In this document: piece after piece, positions 18,110-31,081 of the stretch
How positions within the stretch are numbered: position 1 is the stretch's first letter
Layout: every line of letters begins with the position of its first letter
Source: Eubacteriales bacterium
Lineage (GTDB): Bacteria; Bacillota; Clostridia; Oscillospirales; CAG-272
Length of the DNA: 64,000 nucleotides
Direction: 5' to 3'
Assembly: GCA_045126815.1 (NCBI GenBank)
Contig: JBGVPD010000001.1
Location: 3,776 to 67,775, forward strand
Program-made: the position numbers and the translations under genes
Notes under the pieces: model-generated
What the model was told of the DNA's origin: nothing
The model's database searches: none
Seen by the model: the letters and a program-made list of their open reading frames with translations, nothing else

Positions 18110-19372
18110 TTATATATTCTTTGCGTTGTCGAGAACGTATTTTTCAGCTTCAGCGCACCAAAGTCCGTTGTTTTTTGCAATAATCTTTGCAAGATCAGCA
18201 TAGAATACGTCTGTCTTACCAAGCTCTTCGAAATCAGCAAGAGCTGTAAGGGGCATTGATTTGTGTGTGTAAATAAGTTTCTTAGCGCCGGGGATCTTAG
18301 GTAAATTGAGTGTTGTGTCAACAACAGCATCAAGACCGCCGATGTGTGTGATCATACAAGAAGGATCAATTATACCCTTGTGAGCAAGAGTGTTCGATTC
18401 GTTCATATCGTCTGTGTTACCGCCGCTTGTTCCTACGATGTGAGTTGATGTGTAGTGAACGTTATAGAAGTTGAAGTTAGCAGAGAACTTAGGATCAACG
18501 GGTCCTGCAAAGAAGTTGAGACAGCCGTCGCGTCCGAGAAGTCTGTCGCCCATTTCAACAACGGGTTTAACAGGTGCGAATACGAAAATATCGTCAAATC
18601 CTGTTCCGTCTGTGAGACTCATAAGATAAGCATCGGCATCTTCATATTCGTTTGTGTTTACGTATACAAGCTTAACTCCGTTTTTAGCAGCATCTTCAAC
18701 AGTAATAATTTCAGCTGCTCTGTTAAGTCTTGCGTTATCAATATCTGTTACAACTACGAGAGAAGGACGGGGATCAACGTGAATAGCGTAGTCAATAGCG
18801 CCCATACCCATAGGACCTGCACCAGCCATAATAGCGAGTTTTCCGCCTTTTTTGATACCCATATCGTGAACGTATACGCCGTTAGTTGTGTGGTACTGAG
18901 CGTGGTAAGCACCGATTATACAAGACATAGGTTCTGCTAATGAGCCATAGAAGTATGCATCGCCTTCATAGGGAAGGAGACAATCCATATCCATTACTTC
19001 GTGGGGAAGAATAACGTACTGAGATGCGCCTCCGCAGTACTGATATGAATAACCGGGAGCATCAAGTTTGCCCTGATAGTTGATTGCAGGCTGAATTGTA
19101 AACTTATCTCCTGCTTTATATTTATTTTTCCATTTTTCGCCTACTTCTACGATCTTACCGCAGAATTCATGGCCGATAATAATGGGATTTTCCGCAACGT
19201 CGTTAGGCACTCTTTTGTGTCCTGCGCCCTGAATAGCGGCTTTGTATGAAGACATACAGATACTGTCGGAAACAATTTCGACCAACACTTCGTCTTCTTT
19301 TATTTTAGGAAGTTCAAATTCTTCAAGACGTAAATCATTAACGCCGTATAATCTGACTGCTTTAGTTTTCAT
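18110..19372 (-). CDS. Zinc-binding medium-chain dehydrogenase/reductase (SorE / sugar-phosphate reductase-like, 420 aa)
   Basis: Zn-ligand context DSIC...GHEFCG and the Rossmann motif AGAGPMG. Confidence 0.8.
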   Translation of the reverse strand: MKTKAVRLYGVNDLRLEEFELPKIKEDEVLVEIVSDSICMSSYKAAIQGAGHKRVPNDVAENPIIIGHEFCGKIVEVGEKWKNKYKAGDKFTIQPAINYQGKLDAPGYSYQYCGGASQYVILPHEVMDMDCLLPYEGDAYFYGSLAEPMSCIIGAYHAQYHTTNGVYVHDMGIKKGGKLAIMAGAGPMGMGAIDYAIHVDPRPSLVVVTDIDNARLNRAAEIITVEDAAKNGVKLVYVNTNEYEDADAYLMSLTDGTGFDDIFVFAPVKPVVEMGDRLLGRDGCLNFFAGPVDPKFSANFNFYNVHYTSTHIVGTSGGNTDDMNESNTLAHKGIIDPSCMITHIGGLDAVVDTTLNLPKIPGAKKLIYTHKSMPLTALADFEELGKTDVFYADLAKIIAKNNGLWCAEAEKYVLDNAKNI

Positions 19373-19427
19373 TAAAACGCCTCTTTCTTTTGTTTTTTTA
19401 TTGCAAAATAGTTATAATTATGTTATT

Positions 19428-19456
19428 ATTATAACAGATATATTTTGTATTGTCAA
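19428..19456 (-). promoter_or_regulatory. Sigma-A promoter of the dehydrogenase gene
   Basis: On the minus strand: TTGACA, 17 nt, TATAAT (perfect consensus). Confidence 0.6.
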
Positions 19457-19510
19457 CGGACTTTATGAGTATAATCGTATATGTTACTTTATTTATTTAA
19501 TTCTGAATAA

Positions 19511-21493
<1,983 letters not shown>

Positions 21494-21508
21494 GGCAGGT
21501 GACGACCA

Positions 21509-22789
21509 ATGATAATTGATAAGGTTAAATTATATGTAAAAGCGGGAGACGGCGGTAACGGTGCTGTGTCCTTCAGGAGAGAAAAGTACGTTTCTCACGG
21601 CGGTCCCGACGGTGGAGACGGCGGTAACGGTGGTAATATCGTTATTGAGATCGACGAGGGAGAAAATACGCTTTTACGTTATAAGTACCATAAAAAATTT
21701 ATAGCTGATAATGGCGGAGACGGTATGAAATCAAAGTTTCACGGTAAGACGGCAGATGATTTGATACTTAAAGTTCCGCCCGGTACGGTAATTCGCGATG
21801 CTGAAAGCGGTAAAGTAATAAAGGATATGTCTTCATCAGAGCCCTTTGTTTTATGTAAAGGCGGAAGAGGCGGTTGGGGAAACAGACATTTTTCCACACC
21901 TACAAGACAAATTCCGAGATTTGCCAAGAGCGGCATCAAGGGAGAAGAAAAAGAAGTTGTTTTTGAGCTGAAAATGTTGGCAGACGTAGGTTTAGTCGGA
22001 TTTCCAAACGTCGGAAAATCTATGCTTTTGTCTAAAATCAGTGCGGCAAAGCCCAAGATCGCGAACTATGAGTTTACAACACTTTCACCTAATTTAGGTG
22101 TTGTTGATGCAGGGGAAGAGCGATCGTTTGTTGCGGCAGATATTCCCGGAATAATCGAGGGGGCTGCTGAAGGAGCAGGTCTCGGACATGATTTTCTGAG
22201 ACATATAGACAGATGCAGACTTCTTATTCACGTTGTTGACGTATCGGGAATGAGTGGACGTGATCCTATTGATGATATCAACAAGATAAATGCCGAACTA
22301 GCCGAATACAGCGAAGATCTTGCAAACAGACCTCAGATTATAGCTGCCAATAAGTGCGATATGAGTGAAGAGGGCGAGTTTGACAAAAATGCTTTTGAAA
22401 AGTTTGTAAAAGAAAACGGTTATGATCTTATATATATTTCCGCGCTTACCGGAAAGAACGTCAAGGAGCTTGTTCATATGACAGCCGACGTGCTCAAAGA
22501 ACTGCCGCCTTTAACCATCTATGATACGGAATATTTCCCGGAAAATATTGCTGTTGATGATAAGAGTAATCATGATATATTGATAAAGAATGTAAACGGT
22601 ACTTACGTTGTTGAAGCTGATTGGATTTATAAACTTATGGGTTCGATCAATTTTGACGATTATGAATCGCTTATGTATTTCCAGAAAGTGCTTAAGAATG
22701 CAGGAGTGTTCGAAAAACTTGAAGAACGCGGGGTAAAAGACGGAGATACGGTAAGTATGTACGATTTTGAGTTCGATTTTGTAAAATAA
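21509..22789 (+). CDS. obg: GTPase Obg/CgtA
   Basis: Gly-rich Obg fold (GDGGNGAVSFRREK), G-domain motif GFPNVGKS, and a C-terminal OCT domain. Confidence 0.95.
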   Translation: MIIDKVKLYVKAGDGGNGAVSFRREKYVSHGGPDGGDGGNGGNIVIEIDEGENTLLRYKYHKKFIADNGGDGMKSKFHGKTADDLILKVPPGTVIRDAESGKVIKDMSSSEPFVLCKGGRGGWGNRHFSTPTRQIPRFAKSGIKGEEKEVVFELKMLADVGLVGFPNVGKSMLLSKISAAKPKIANYEFTTLSPNLGVVDAGEERSFVAADIPGIIEGAAEGAGLGHDFLRHIDRCRLLIHVVDVSGMSGRDPIDDINKINAELAEYSEDLANRPQIIAANKCDMSEEGEFDKNAFEKFVKENGYDLIYISALTGKNVKELVHMTADVLKELPPLTIYDTEYFPENIAVDDKSNHDILIKNVNGTYVVEADWIYKLMGSINFDDYESLMYFQKVLKNAGVFEKLEERGVKDGDTVSMYDFEFDFVK

Positions 22790-22791
22790 AT

Positions 22792-22825
22792 AAAAAACAG
22801 ACAACAAAAATGTTGTCTGTTTTTG
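22792..22825. terminator. Bidirectional terminator between obg and the end of the his operon
   Basis: Hairpin acagacaac / gttgtctgt flanked by A5 and T5. Confidence 0.75.
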
Positions 22826-22827
22826 CT

Positions 22828-23610
22828 TTATATTGTGTCTATCAAACTAAGACCTATTTCTTTGGCTAATTGTTCGCACACATCAAATTTAAAAGAAATA
22901 TTTTCAGCAGAATGACTGTCGCTTGATAAGATAAACTTTCCGCCTTTTTCTTTTATATATTTCATGATCGGAACTGAAGGGTAGGGAGCGGTTCTGTATC
23001 CTCTTGAAATAGCGCCTGTGTTGATTTCAAATGGTTTTCCGTATGGGATTAACTCATCTATCGCCTTTTTATATGCATTAACATATCTTTCGTTTGCTTC
23101 GTCAAAGAGTTTATATCCCTCGTTAAATTTTGTAATAAGGTCGAAATGACCGATAATGTCAGCATTAGTGTCTTTTATTACGTTTGCAACTTGTTTGTAA
23201 TAGTCTTCAGCGTAGGAGTATATGTCACCGTTGTAATACTTATTCACGTCAGTGATCAATATTTGTTCCGAATGGTCAACACCAAGATAATTACCATCTT
23301 TTAGTACATAATGCACACTGCCTATCTTGTAGTCAAAATTTATATCGAGAATAGGCGCGAAACTATCTTGTTCAATGCCAAGCAGAACTTTTATCTTATC
23401 TGCATATTTACTTTTTAGGGAAGTTATATTATCAAAATATTGCTGAAGATTATCTTTACTCATTCCAAAGACAGAATCAATTCCTGTATAGGAATGACCG
23501 GACAGACCAACTACCTTTAGCCCCTTGTCAATAGCCGAGAGTATCATTTGTTCGGGTGTATTTTTGCCGTCACAAAACGTTGTGTGCATATGCAGATCGC
23601 ACAAGATCAT
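22828..23610 (-). CDS. hisJ: Histidinol-phosphatase, PHP family
   Basis: [15 protein letters not shown] motif. It is the last cistron of the his operon and has a 4-nt overlap with hisIE. Confidence 0.8.
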   Translation of the reverse strand: MILCDLHMHTTFCDGKNTPEQMILSAIDKGLKVVGLSGHSYTGIDSVFGMSKDNLQQYFDNITSLKSKYADKIKVLLGIEQDSFAPILDINFDYKIGSVHYVLKDGNYLGVDHSEQILITDVNKYYNGDIYSYAEDYYKQVANVIKDTNADIIGHFDLITKFNEGYKLFDEANERYVNAYKKAIDELIPYGKPFEINTGAISRGYRTAPYPSVPIMKYIKEKGGKFILSSDSHSAENISFKFDVCEQLAKEIGLSLIDTI

Positions 23611-24257
23611 TTCGTCATTTTCTCCTGTTTTACTTTTTTATCAATTACGTGGCGTGAAGCAAGTTCATTATGAATATCTTCAAGTGAAATTCCCATTTCG
23701 ATCATAAGAACCATAACGTGATAGGTTAAGTCTGCAATTTCGTAAATTGTTTCTTTTTTATCGTCATTTTTGGCGCCGATAATAACTTCAGTACATTCTT
23801 CTCCGACCTTCTTTAAGATCTTATCAAGACCTTTTTCAAAAAGATATGTTGTATATGAACCTTCTTTTTTGTCAAGCTTTCTTCCTTCAATAAGCTTCAT
23901 AAGACCTTCAAGAGAAAATTCGTGAAGTTCATCGCTTTCCCAAACGGGATTTTCAAAACATGAAGTAGTGCCGAGGTGACAAGCCGGACCGTCGGGTTCA
24001 ACCATAACGGTTAATGCATCTTTATCACAGTCAGCGGTAATTGAAACGATATGTTGATAATTTCCGCTTGTTTCACCCTTCAGCCATAAGCATTGTCTCG
24101 AACGGCTGTAAAAACACGTTAGGCCTTTTTCTATAGATATCTGAAGACTTTCTTTATTCATATATGCCAAGGTTAAAACTTTTTTTGTTTTGGCATCTAC
24201 AACAATAGCGGGGATAAGTCCTTTTTCGTCAAATTTAAGTTCATTGATATTGATCAT
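23607..24257 (-). CDS. hisI: Bifunctional phosphoribosyl-AMP cyclohydrolase / phosphoribosyl-ATP pyrophosphatase
   Basis: HisI region ([15 protein letters not shown]) fused to a HisE region ([16 protein letters not shown]). Confidence 0.9.
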   Translation of the reverse strand: MININELKFDEKGLIPAIVVDAKTKKVLTLAYMNKESLQISIEKGLTCFYSRSRQCLWLKGETSGNYQHIVSITADCDKDALTVMVEPDGPACHLGTTSCFENPVWESDELHEFSLEGLMKLIEGRKLDKKEGSYTTYLFEKGLDKILKKVGEECTEVIIGAKNDDKKETIYEIADLTYHVMVLMIEMGISLEDIHNELASRHVIDKKVKQEKMTK

Positions 24258-24292
24258 AACTTTTACCTTCTTTTAACAGATTAAATAAAATA

Positions 24293-25051
24293 TTACAGTC
24301 TCATACAAATTCCGTTTGCAGAGAGTTCTTTTTTTAGGTCATTGATCTCAACTTCGCCAAAGTGGAATATAGATGCTGCAAGACCGGCATCAACTTTTGG
24401 AAGTGTTTTAAACAGATCAACAAAATGCTGTTTATTGCCCGCTCCGCCTGATGCAATAACGGGAATAGATACGGCGTTACATACTTTATCAAGCATTTCA
24501 AGGTCAAAACCTTTTTTTACTCCATCGGTGTCAATAGAGTTTACAACGATTTCTCCCGCGCCGTTGTTATAGCATCTTTTTATCCACTCAATAGCTTCCA
24601 TACCTGTGTTTTCGCGTCCTCCTTTGGAAAATACGCTGAACACACCATCAACGCGTTTGACGTCTACGGATAAAACTACACACTGATCACCGTAAAGTTT
24701 TGCGGCTTCGTATACGAGATCGGGATTTTTAATAGCGCCTGAGTTAACGCTGACTTTATCGGCTCCGCATTTTAGAACTCTATCGAAGTCATCGACGGTA
24801 TTTATACCTCCACCGACCGTAAGCGGAATAAATATAGTTTTTGCAACTTCGCAAAGAATGTCGGAAAATAGTTTTCTTTCTTCAAACGAAGCGGTAATAT
24901 CATAAAAAACAAGCTCGTCGGCTCCATTGTCGCTATAATATTTAGCGAGTTCAATGGGAGAGGAAACGTCGTTTAATCCTTCAAAATTAACACCTTTAAC
25001 AACGCGTCCGTTTTTTACATCAAGGCAGGGAATAATTCTTTTTGTTGTCAT
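24293..25051 (-). CDS. hisF: Imidazole glycerol phosphate synthase, cyclase subunit
   Basis: Begins KRIIPCLDVKNGRVVKG and contains SGGAG. Confidence 0.95.
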   Translation of the reverse strand: MTTKRIIPCLDVKNGRVVKGVNFEGLNDVSSPIELAKYYSDNGADELVFYDITASFEERKLFSDILCEVAKTIFIPLTVGGGINTVDDFDRVLKCGADKVSVNSGAIKNPDLVYEAAKLYGDQCVVLSVDVKRVDGVFSVFSKGGRENTGMEAIEWIKRCYNNGAGEIVVNSIDTDGVKKGFDLEMLDKVCNAVSIPVIASGGAGNKQHFVDLFKTLPKVDAGLAASIFHFGEVEINDLKKELSANGICMRL

Positions 25052-25761
25052 TTTGCCACCTCGATAGCTTCCTTTAGATCAATAGCTTTTGTATAGTAAG
25101 CTTTTCCGATAATTGCTCCGTAAATGTTCTTGTCAGAAAGTCTCTTAACGTCGTCGATGGAAGAAACTCCGCCCGATGCGATTATTTGCATATTGAGTTT
25201 CTTTGATAAATTATCGTATAGTTCGTGGTTTGTGCCTTTCATGGCGCCGTCTTTTGATATATCCGTGCAAATTATGGTTTTTATACCGATAGATTGCATA
25301 TTTATGCAGAAATCAAATGCGTCAAGAGAGGATTTTTCGGTCCAACCTTTTACAGCTACGTAACCGTCTTTGATATCAACACCGATCGCAATTTTTTCAT
25401 CGTATTTTTCTACAGCTCTTTTTGCAAAATCGGGATCAGTAACGGCTGCCGTTCCTAATATTACACGGTCAATACCTTTTTGCACATATTTATCTATGAT
25501 ATCCATAGAGCGAATGCCTCCGCCTACTTCACAAAAAGCGCTTGTATGAGCTTTTATTTTGCAAATTGTGTCAATGTTGGGAGTTGTGCCGTCTTTTGCG
25601 CCTTCAAGGTCAACGAGATGTATGTGGGTAGCACCCGATTTAATAAAATCGTCAGCTATTTCAACGGGATTTGTGCTATACACGGTCATTTGATTGTAGT
25701 CACCTTTAAATAGTCTGACTGCCTTATTTTCAAATAGATCAATAGCAGGGAATATAATCAT
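25048..25761 (-). CDS. hisA: ProFAR isomerase
   Basis: Begins MIIFPAIDL..NKAVRL.KGDY and contains ASGGVSS. Confidence 0.9.
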   Translation of the reverse strand: MIIFPAIDLFENKAVRLFKGDYNQMTVYSTNPVEIADDFIKSGATHIHLVDLEGAKDGTTPNIDTICKIKAHTSAFCEVGGGIRSMDIIDKYVQKGIDRVILGTAAVTDPDFAKRAVEKYDEKIAIGVDIKDGYVAVKGWTEKSSLDAFDFCINMQSIGIKTIICTDISKDGAMKGTNHELYDNLSKKLNMQIIASGGVSSIDDVKRLSDKNIYGAIIGKAYYTKAIDLKEAIEVAK

Positions 25762-25764
25762 AAA

Positions 25765-26385
25765 CTATATGCCCCCTTTCTCGCAAAATGCGCGAAGTAT
25801 ATTTAATCCAACGTTGCCGCTTTTTTCGGGGTGGAACTGACAACCGTAGATATTGTTTAGGCCTACCGCTGCAGTTACGTCGCAACCGTATTCGGACGTT
25901 GCAATAAGTGACTCATCGCATCCCGAAGCGTAATACGAGTGAACGAAATATACAAAATCGCCTTCGTTTATGTATTTAAAAAGAGGAGACTTCTTTCCGT
26001 TAAATTTTAGTGAATTCCAGCCTATATGCGGTATCTTCAATTCTTTGTCAACAATATCTGAAAGCGGCTTGATTTCACCTTTTAAAAGCCCAAGCCCCTT
26101 TGATTCACCGTATTCGTAGCTTTTTTCAAAAAGCATCTGCATACCGAGACATATGCCAAGGAGGGGTTTACCGTTTTTGGCTTCACATATAATAATATCG
26201 GATAATCCCGAGTTAAACAGTTTCTCGGAGGCATCTTTGAACGCACCAACACCGGGAAGGATTATTTTATCTGCTTTTTTTATAACATCGGGGTCGTTTG
26301 TTACAACCGTATCAGCACCAACGAATGCAAGTGAGCTTTTCAGAGAAAAAAGATTACCGACACCGTAGTCAATAATAGCTATCAT
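25765..26385 (-). CDS. hisH: Imidazole glycerol phosphate synthase, glutaminase subunit
   Basis: Begins IAIIDYGVGNL, with GICLGMQ (nucleophile Cys) and QFHPEKS. Confidence 0.95.
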   Translation of the reverse strand: MIAIIDYGVGNLFSLKSSLAFVGADTVVTNDPDVIKKADKIILPGVGAFKDASEKLFNSGLSDIIICEAKNGKPLLGICLGMQMLFEKSYEYGESKGLGLLKGEIKPLSDIVDKELKIPHIGWNSLKFNGKKSPLFKYINEGDFVYFVHSYYASGCDESLIATSEYGCDVTAAVGLNNIYGCQFHPEKSGNVGLNILRAFCEKGGI

Positions 26386-26975
26386 TAAAGAAGTCCTTTC
26401 GTGGAGGGAATTTCGTTTATAAAGGCAGGATCAATTCTTGCAGCCTGTCCCAATGCTCTGGCTACCGCTTTAAATGCGCCTTCAATTATGTGGTGTGAAT
26501 TTGTACCGCTGAGTTGTTTTATGTGAAGAGTGATCTTTGCGTTTCTAACAAAACCAAGCCAAAATTCTTCTACAAGCTCAGTATCAAAATCGCCCACTTT
26601 TTCTGTGGGTATTTCAAGAGAGTAACCTAGGTAATCTCTGCCCGAAATATCAACTGCAGCGAGGATAAGAGACTCGTCCATAGGAAGAGTTATATCTCCG
26701 TATCGTGTTATACCTCTCTTTTCTCCAAGTGCATCCGCAAAGGCAATACCAAGGCATATACCTATATCTTCAGCAGTGTGATGATAGTCAACGTACGTGT
26801 CGCCTAAACAGTTGATCTCCATATCAAAACGGCTGTGTTTTGAAAACAGCGTTAACATATGGTCGAGAAAACCGCAACCTGTATTTATTTTAGACTCGCC
26901 TTTGCCGTCAAGCCTTATTTTTAACTGTATATCTGTTTCAGCAGTTTTTCTTTTAATTTCAGCAACTCTTATCAT
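26385..26975 (-). CDS. hisB: Imidazoleglycerol-phosphate dehydratase
   Basis: Has ETDI...GCGFLDHML and HHTAEDIGI / HHIIEGAFKA motifs. Confidence 0.95.
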   Translation of the reverse strand: MIRVAEIKRKTAETDIQLKIRLDGKGESKINTGCGFLDHMLTLFSKHSRFDMEINCLGDTYVDYHHTAEDIGICLGIAFADALGEKRGITRYGDITLPMDESLILAAVDISGRDYLGYSLEIPTEKVGDFDTELVEEFWLGFVRNAKITLHIKQLSGTNSHHIIEGAFKAVARALGQAARIDPAFINEIPSTKGLL

Positions 26976-28036
26976 TCACATTCCTCCAATACTTTTCTTA
27001 GAGCAAAAATCAGAGCTGTCATCTGTTCACCTGTTCCCACCGTAATACGAACGTATTCGCTTATTCTCGGCTTCGAGAAGTGACGGACGAGTATACCTTT
27101 TGCTTTAAGTTTTTCGTATATGATTTTTCCGTCAACTTTGGGGTGTTTCGCGAAAATAAAGTTAGATTTTGAATTTGTTGTTACAAATCCCATATCGTTT
27201 AATTTTTTTGTCGTGTATTCGCGGTTATTTGCTATTTCCAGGCAATTAGCTTTTGTATAAGCTTCATCATTAAGAACGCCTATACCTGCCGCCATTGTCA
27301 TTCTGTTAATGTTATAGGGGTTAGTTGAATATTTAACGGTGTTAAGGTCGGAAATAATTTCTTTGCTACCTACACCAAACCCAAGTCTTGCACCTGCCAT
27401 AGAACGTGATTTTGAGAATGTTTGGCAGACAAGCAGATTATCGTATTTTTTTACGAGGGGGATGCAAGATTCGGCGCCGAAATCAACGTAGGCTTCATCA
27501 ATTACTACAACATTGTCGGGGTTTGAAACAAGTATTTCCTCGATTTGTTTCGGCGATAAAGTCATACCGGTAGGAGCGTTTGGATTAGCAATAAAAATTG
27601 TTTTATTTATACCCTTGTAATCGTTAACGTCAATTGAAAAATCATCCTTCAAAGGTATTTCTTTATAAGGAATATTGTTAAGTTCGGCGAAAACACTGTA
27701 AAAACCATATGAAATATCGGGGAATACAGCGGGATGCTTTTCGTCACAGAATGCCATAAAAGCAAAGTTTAATATCTCGTCCGAACCGTTTGTCATAAGA
27801 ACGTTGTCGTATTCTACACCACAAAGTTCAGCGACTTTTTCCGTAAGAGATCTGCACTCGGGATCGGGATAAAGTTGCAACTTTTGCGCCTCTTCCATAG
27901 CTGATATAATAGCTTTTTCGGAGGGAGGGAAGGGCGACTCGTTTGTGTTGAGTTTTATATATTGTGTGTCTTTGGGTTGTTCACCGGGGGTATAGGGAAC
28001 AAGATTTTTATATTTTTCACTGAAAAATCTGCTCAT
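26972..28036 (-). CDS. hisC: Histidinol-phosphate aminotransferase
   Basis: Class-II aminotransferase fold with TFSKSRSMAGARLG (PLP lysine). Confidence 0.9.
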   Translation of the reverse strand: MSRFFSEKYKNLVPYTPGEQPKDTQYIKLNTNESPFPPSEKAIISAMEEAQKLQLYPDPECRSLTEKVAELCGVEYDNVLMTNGSDEILNFAFMAFCDEKHPAVFPDISYGFYSVFAELNNIPYKEIPLKDDFSIDVNDYKGINKTIFIANPNAPTGMTLSPKQIEEILVSNPDNVVVIDEAYVDFGAESCIPLVKKYDNLLVCQTFSKSRSMAGARLGFGVGSKEIISDLNTVKYSTNPYNINRMTMAAGIGVLNDEAYTKANCLEIANNREYTTKKLNDMGFVTTNSKSNFIFAKHPKVDGKIIYEKLKAKGILVRHFSKPRISEYVRITVGTGEQMTALIFALRKVLEECE

Positions 28037-28057
28037 AATTATTCTTCCTAATCAAAT

Positions 28058-29332
28058 TTATTTATCTATTCTGATCATAGCGCTTTTTGCGTGTGCTGTC
28101 AGGCCCTCTTTTTCGGCGAAATACGCAACATCCTTAGCAACCTTCTTAAGCGCTGTTTCCGTATAATATGTATACTGTGTTTTCTTAATAAAATCGTCAA
28201 CTGATAAGGGGTTGGAGAATTTTGCTGTTCCGCTTGTGGGGAGTGTGTGGTTTGGACCTGCAAAGTAGTCACCCAATGCTTCAGGACAGTATCTTCCCAT
28301 AAATATTGAACCTGCATGTCTGATCTTATCAAGATAATCAAACGGGTTATCAACACAAAGTTCAAGGTGCTCGGGAGCTATTTCGTTTGAAATTTCAATA
28401 GCCTTATCAAGTGAGTCGGCAACAATGATCTTTCCGTTATTGTCGATCGAAATTCTCGCGATTTCGCTTCTTTCGAGTTTTTCGAGTTGCTTTTCAATTT
28501 CATCTCTTACACTTATAGCGTACTCCATAGAATCAGTAACAAGAACAGCACTTGCCATCTTATCGTGTTCAGCTTGAGAGAGAAGGTCAGAAGCAACAAA
28601 TTCTTTAGGTGTATTTGCATCGGATACAACAAGGATTTCGGAAGGACCGGCTATCATATCAATAGATACAGTTCCGAATACCTGTTTTTTAGCTTCTGCA
28701 ACGAATGCATTTCCGGGGCCTACGATTTTATCGACCTTAGGTATAGTTTCTGTCCCATAAGCCAAAGCGGCAATAGCCTGAGCTCCGCCTACCTTGAATA
28801 TACGGTCAACGCCGGCAATTTTTGCAGCGGCTAAAATGTAAGGATTAATTTTTCCGTTCTTTGAGGGGGGCGTTGTGATAACTATTTCTTTAACACCGGC
28901 AATTTTTGCGGGTATTGAATCCATAAGTACTGTTGATGGATAAGCAGCAGTTCCTCCGGGAACGTATAGACCCGCTTTATCAACGGGGATTATTTTTTGT
29001 CCTACGACGATTCCTTCTTCGTCGTTTATTATAAAACTGTTTCTGAGTTGTTTTTCGTGAAATTTTCTTATATTAGCTGCCGCTTTTTTTAAAATTTCAA
29101 TAAATTCTGACGGAACTTCTTCTACAGCTTCTTCGATTTCTTCCTTTGATACCTCAAGCGATTTTAGAACAGCCTTATCGAATTTTTCACAATACTCAAA
29201 AAGGGCAGAGTCGCCGTTTTTTCTGACTTTTTCAATAATTTCGGTTACTATACCTGCAACGTCGGTTTCGTTAACCGTTCTTGCGAAAATATCACTGTTT
29301 TCAACTTCGCCGTATTTTAAAATCTTTATCAT
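28058..29332 (-). CDS. hisD: Histidinol dehydrogenase
   Basis: Has AGPSE and SQAEHD motifs and the HAKSAMIR tail. Confidence 0.95.
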   Translation of the reverse strand: MIKILKYGEVENSDIFARTVNETDVAGIVTEIIEKVRKNGDSALFEYCEKFDKAVLKSLEVSKEEIEEAVEEVPSEFIEILKKAAANIRKFHEKQLRNSFIINDEEGIVVGQKIIPVDKAGLYVPGGTAAYPSTVLMDSIPAKIAGVKEIVITTPPSKNGKINPYILAAAKIAGVDRIFKVGGAQAIAALAYGTETIPKVDKIVGPGNAFVAEAKKQVFGTVSIDMIAGPSEILVVSDANTPKEFVASDLLSQAEHDKMASAVLVTDSMEYAISVRDEIEKQLEKLERSEIARISIDNNGKIIVADSLDKAIEISNEIAPEHLELCVDNPFDYLDKIRHAGSIFMGRYCPEALGDYFAGPNHTLPTSGTAKFSNPLSVDDFIKKTQYTYYTETALKKVAKDVAYFAEKEGLTAHAKSAMIRIDK

Positions 29333-29967
29333 TCTTTATCCTCGACCTGCTTTGAAAGACTTTGCAGGATTTTTTCAATTTGTTGGTTTTTAAATTTAAA
29401 GCTTGATTTATTTGCGATAAGACGTGCGCTTATCGGGAAAATGGTTTCTTTCACTTCGAGATTATTTTCTTTTAACGTCGTTCCTGTCTCAACAATATCA
29501 ACTATTACGTCGGATAAGCCTAAAATCGGAGCGATTTCAATAGAGCCATTTAGATGTATTATATCTATTTCACGTCCTTTGGAAGCGTAAAAATCACGGG
29601 TGATCTTAGTGAATTTCGTTGCTACCTTCAACGTTTTTTGTAAGTCGTCTCTAAAATCGGACTTTGCGGCAACAGCCATTCTGCATTTGCCGATATCAAG
29701 ATCAAGTAATTCATATACATCAGGGGTGTATTCGAGAAGAATATCTTTTCCTGCAACACCAATATCAGCAGCGCCTCTTTCTACATAGATAGCAGAATCG
29801 GAGGGTTTTACCCAGAAATATCTAACGCACAATTCGTCGTTTTCAAAAATAAGTTTTCTGTTGTTTTCCTTAATAGAGGGGCATTCAAAACCTGCTTTTT
29901 CAAACATAGCATAAACTTTTTCGCCGAGTCTGCCTTTTGGAAGAGCTATATTAAGCATTGTTTTCAA
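29329..29967 (-). CDS. hisG: ATP phosphoribosyltransferase, short form
   Basis: 212 aa (short form) with LNIALPKGRL. TTG start 6 nt after GGGGTGG. Paired with hisZ. Confidence 0.9.
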   Translation of the reverse strand: MKTMLNIALPKGRLGEKVYAMFEKAGFECPSIKENNRKLIFENDELCVRYFWVKPSDSAIYVERGAADIGVAGKDILLEYTPDVYELLDLDIGKCRMAVAAKSDFRDDLQKTLKVATKFTKITRDFYASKGREIDIIHLNGSIEIAPILGLSDVIVDIVETGTTLKENNLEVKETIFPISARLIANKSSFKFKNQQIEKILQSLSKQVEDKE

Positions 29968-31078
29968 GTATTACCACCCCTTTATCCTTAAGCCTGAGAA
30001 GCTGTTTGTATTTTATGTCGCAGGGCACACGCCTTTGTGCCATAACGCTTTTTCCGTTATCGGTCAGCATTTTTATTGCGTTGTTAAGTGACGTTATATC
30101 ATCGTTTTCGTCATAAATTATAACGGTATCAACATCGTAGGACTTGGATACTTCGTCAAATCTTTCAAGCATATCAAGATAGACGGCAAATCCTATGGCT
30201 TTGGATTTTCTACCCATTTTTGTCATCAGATTATCATACTGACCGCCTGATAAAACACCTGCCGGAATATTGTTTATGAAACCTTTAAATACAATTCCGT
30301 TATAATAATTCATATCGTTAATTACCGAAAAATCAATTCTTATCATATTGGCATAACCGTTTTGTTCAAGTGACTCGGTTATGAGTTTTAATTCATTAAA
30401 TTTTGTTTTATCAATGTAATTACCAATATAACTTTCGATTTCTGAGAGAACTTTTGAGGGAGAACCGTATGTTTGTACCATCTTTTTAAGAACTTCGGTA
30501 CCTTCTTCACTGACACCGTCGTTTTTACATATATTTACAAGTTCATGTGTGTTCTTTTCGCTAATACATTTTAAAATATCTTTTTTGTTTTCGGGAGATA
30601 TCTTTATTTGATCGATAATATCCGAAATAAATCCCAAATGAGAAATATCAAGAACGCAGTCGTTTGATATACTTTTGAGACTTTCGCAAGCGAGCATAAG
30701 AACTTCATATATGTTGTAAACGTCAACGGAACCTATACATTCGAGGCCCGATTGCATAATTTCTTTATATGAATGAGCTCCATTTGATATACGGTAAACG
30801 TTTTCGTCATAGAATACTTTTTTTACACAGTTATCTTCATCTTTTGTGTTCTTGATAATTGAAAGGGTAACGTCAGGTTTCAAAGCAAGAAGTTTACCGT
30901 TTGTATCCGTAAAAGTAATTATACTGTCGGATATCAAAAAGTCTTTGTTACGTACGTAAAGATCGTATTCTTCAAATTTACTCATTTTATATTGAGAATA
31001 ACCGTATTTGCCGTAAAGCTGACGAAGTTTAAATACGGCTTTTTCGCCATTTTTCAGCGCAGAATAATTGAACTCCAT
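29951..31078 (-). CDS. hisZ: ATP phosphoribosyltransferase regulatory subunit (HisRS paralogue)
   Basis: HisRS-like class II fold without an anticodon-binding domain. It lies directly upstream of the short-form hisG, with a 17-nt overlap. Confidence 0.85.
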   Translation of the reverse strand: MEFNYSALKNGEKAVFKLRQLYGKYGYSQYKMSKFEEYDLYVRNKDFLISDSIITFTDTNGKLLALKPDVTLSIIKNTKDEDNCVKKVFYDENVYRISNGAHSYKEIMQSGLECIGSVDVYNIYEVLMLACESLKSISNDCVLDISHLGFISDIIDQIKISPENKKDILKCISEKNTHELVNICKNDGVSEEGTEVLKKMVQTYGSPSKVLSEIESYIGNYIDKTKFNELKLITESLEQNGYANMIRIDFSVINDMNYYNGIVFKGFINNIPAGVLSGGQYDNLMTKMGRKSKAIGFAVYLDMLERFDEVSKSYDVDTVIIYDENDDITSLNNAIKMLTDNGKSVMAQRRVPCDIKYKQLLRLKDKGVVILENNA

Positions 31079-31081
31079 ATA

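Noticed and set aside
18455-18940. 161-aa ORF antisense to the Zn-dehydrogenase gene
   Set aside because: Same reasoning as for the other antisense ORFs: no RBS, a Cys/Ser/Val-rich nonsense composition, and a location fully inside a conserved CDS.
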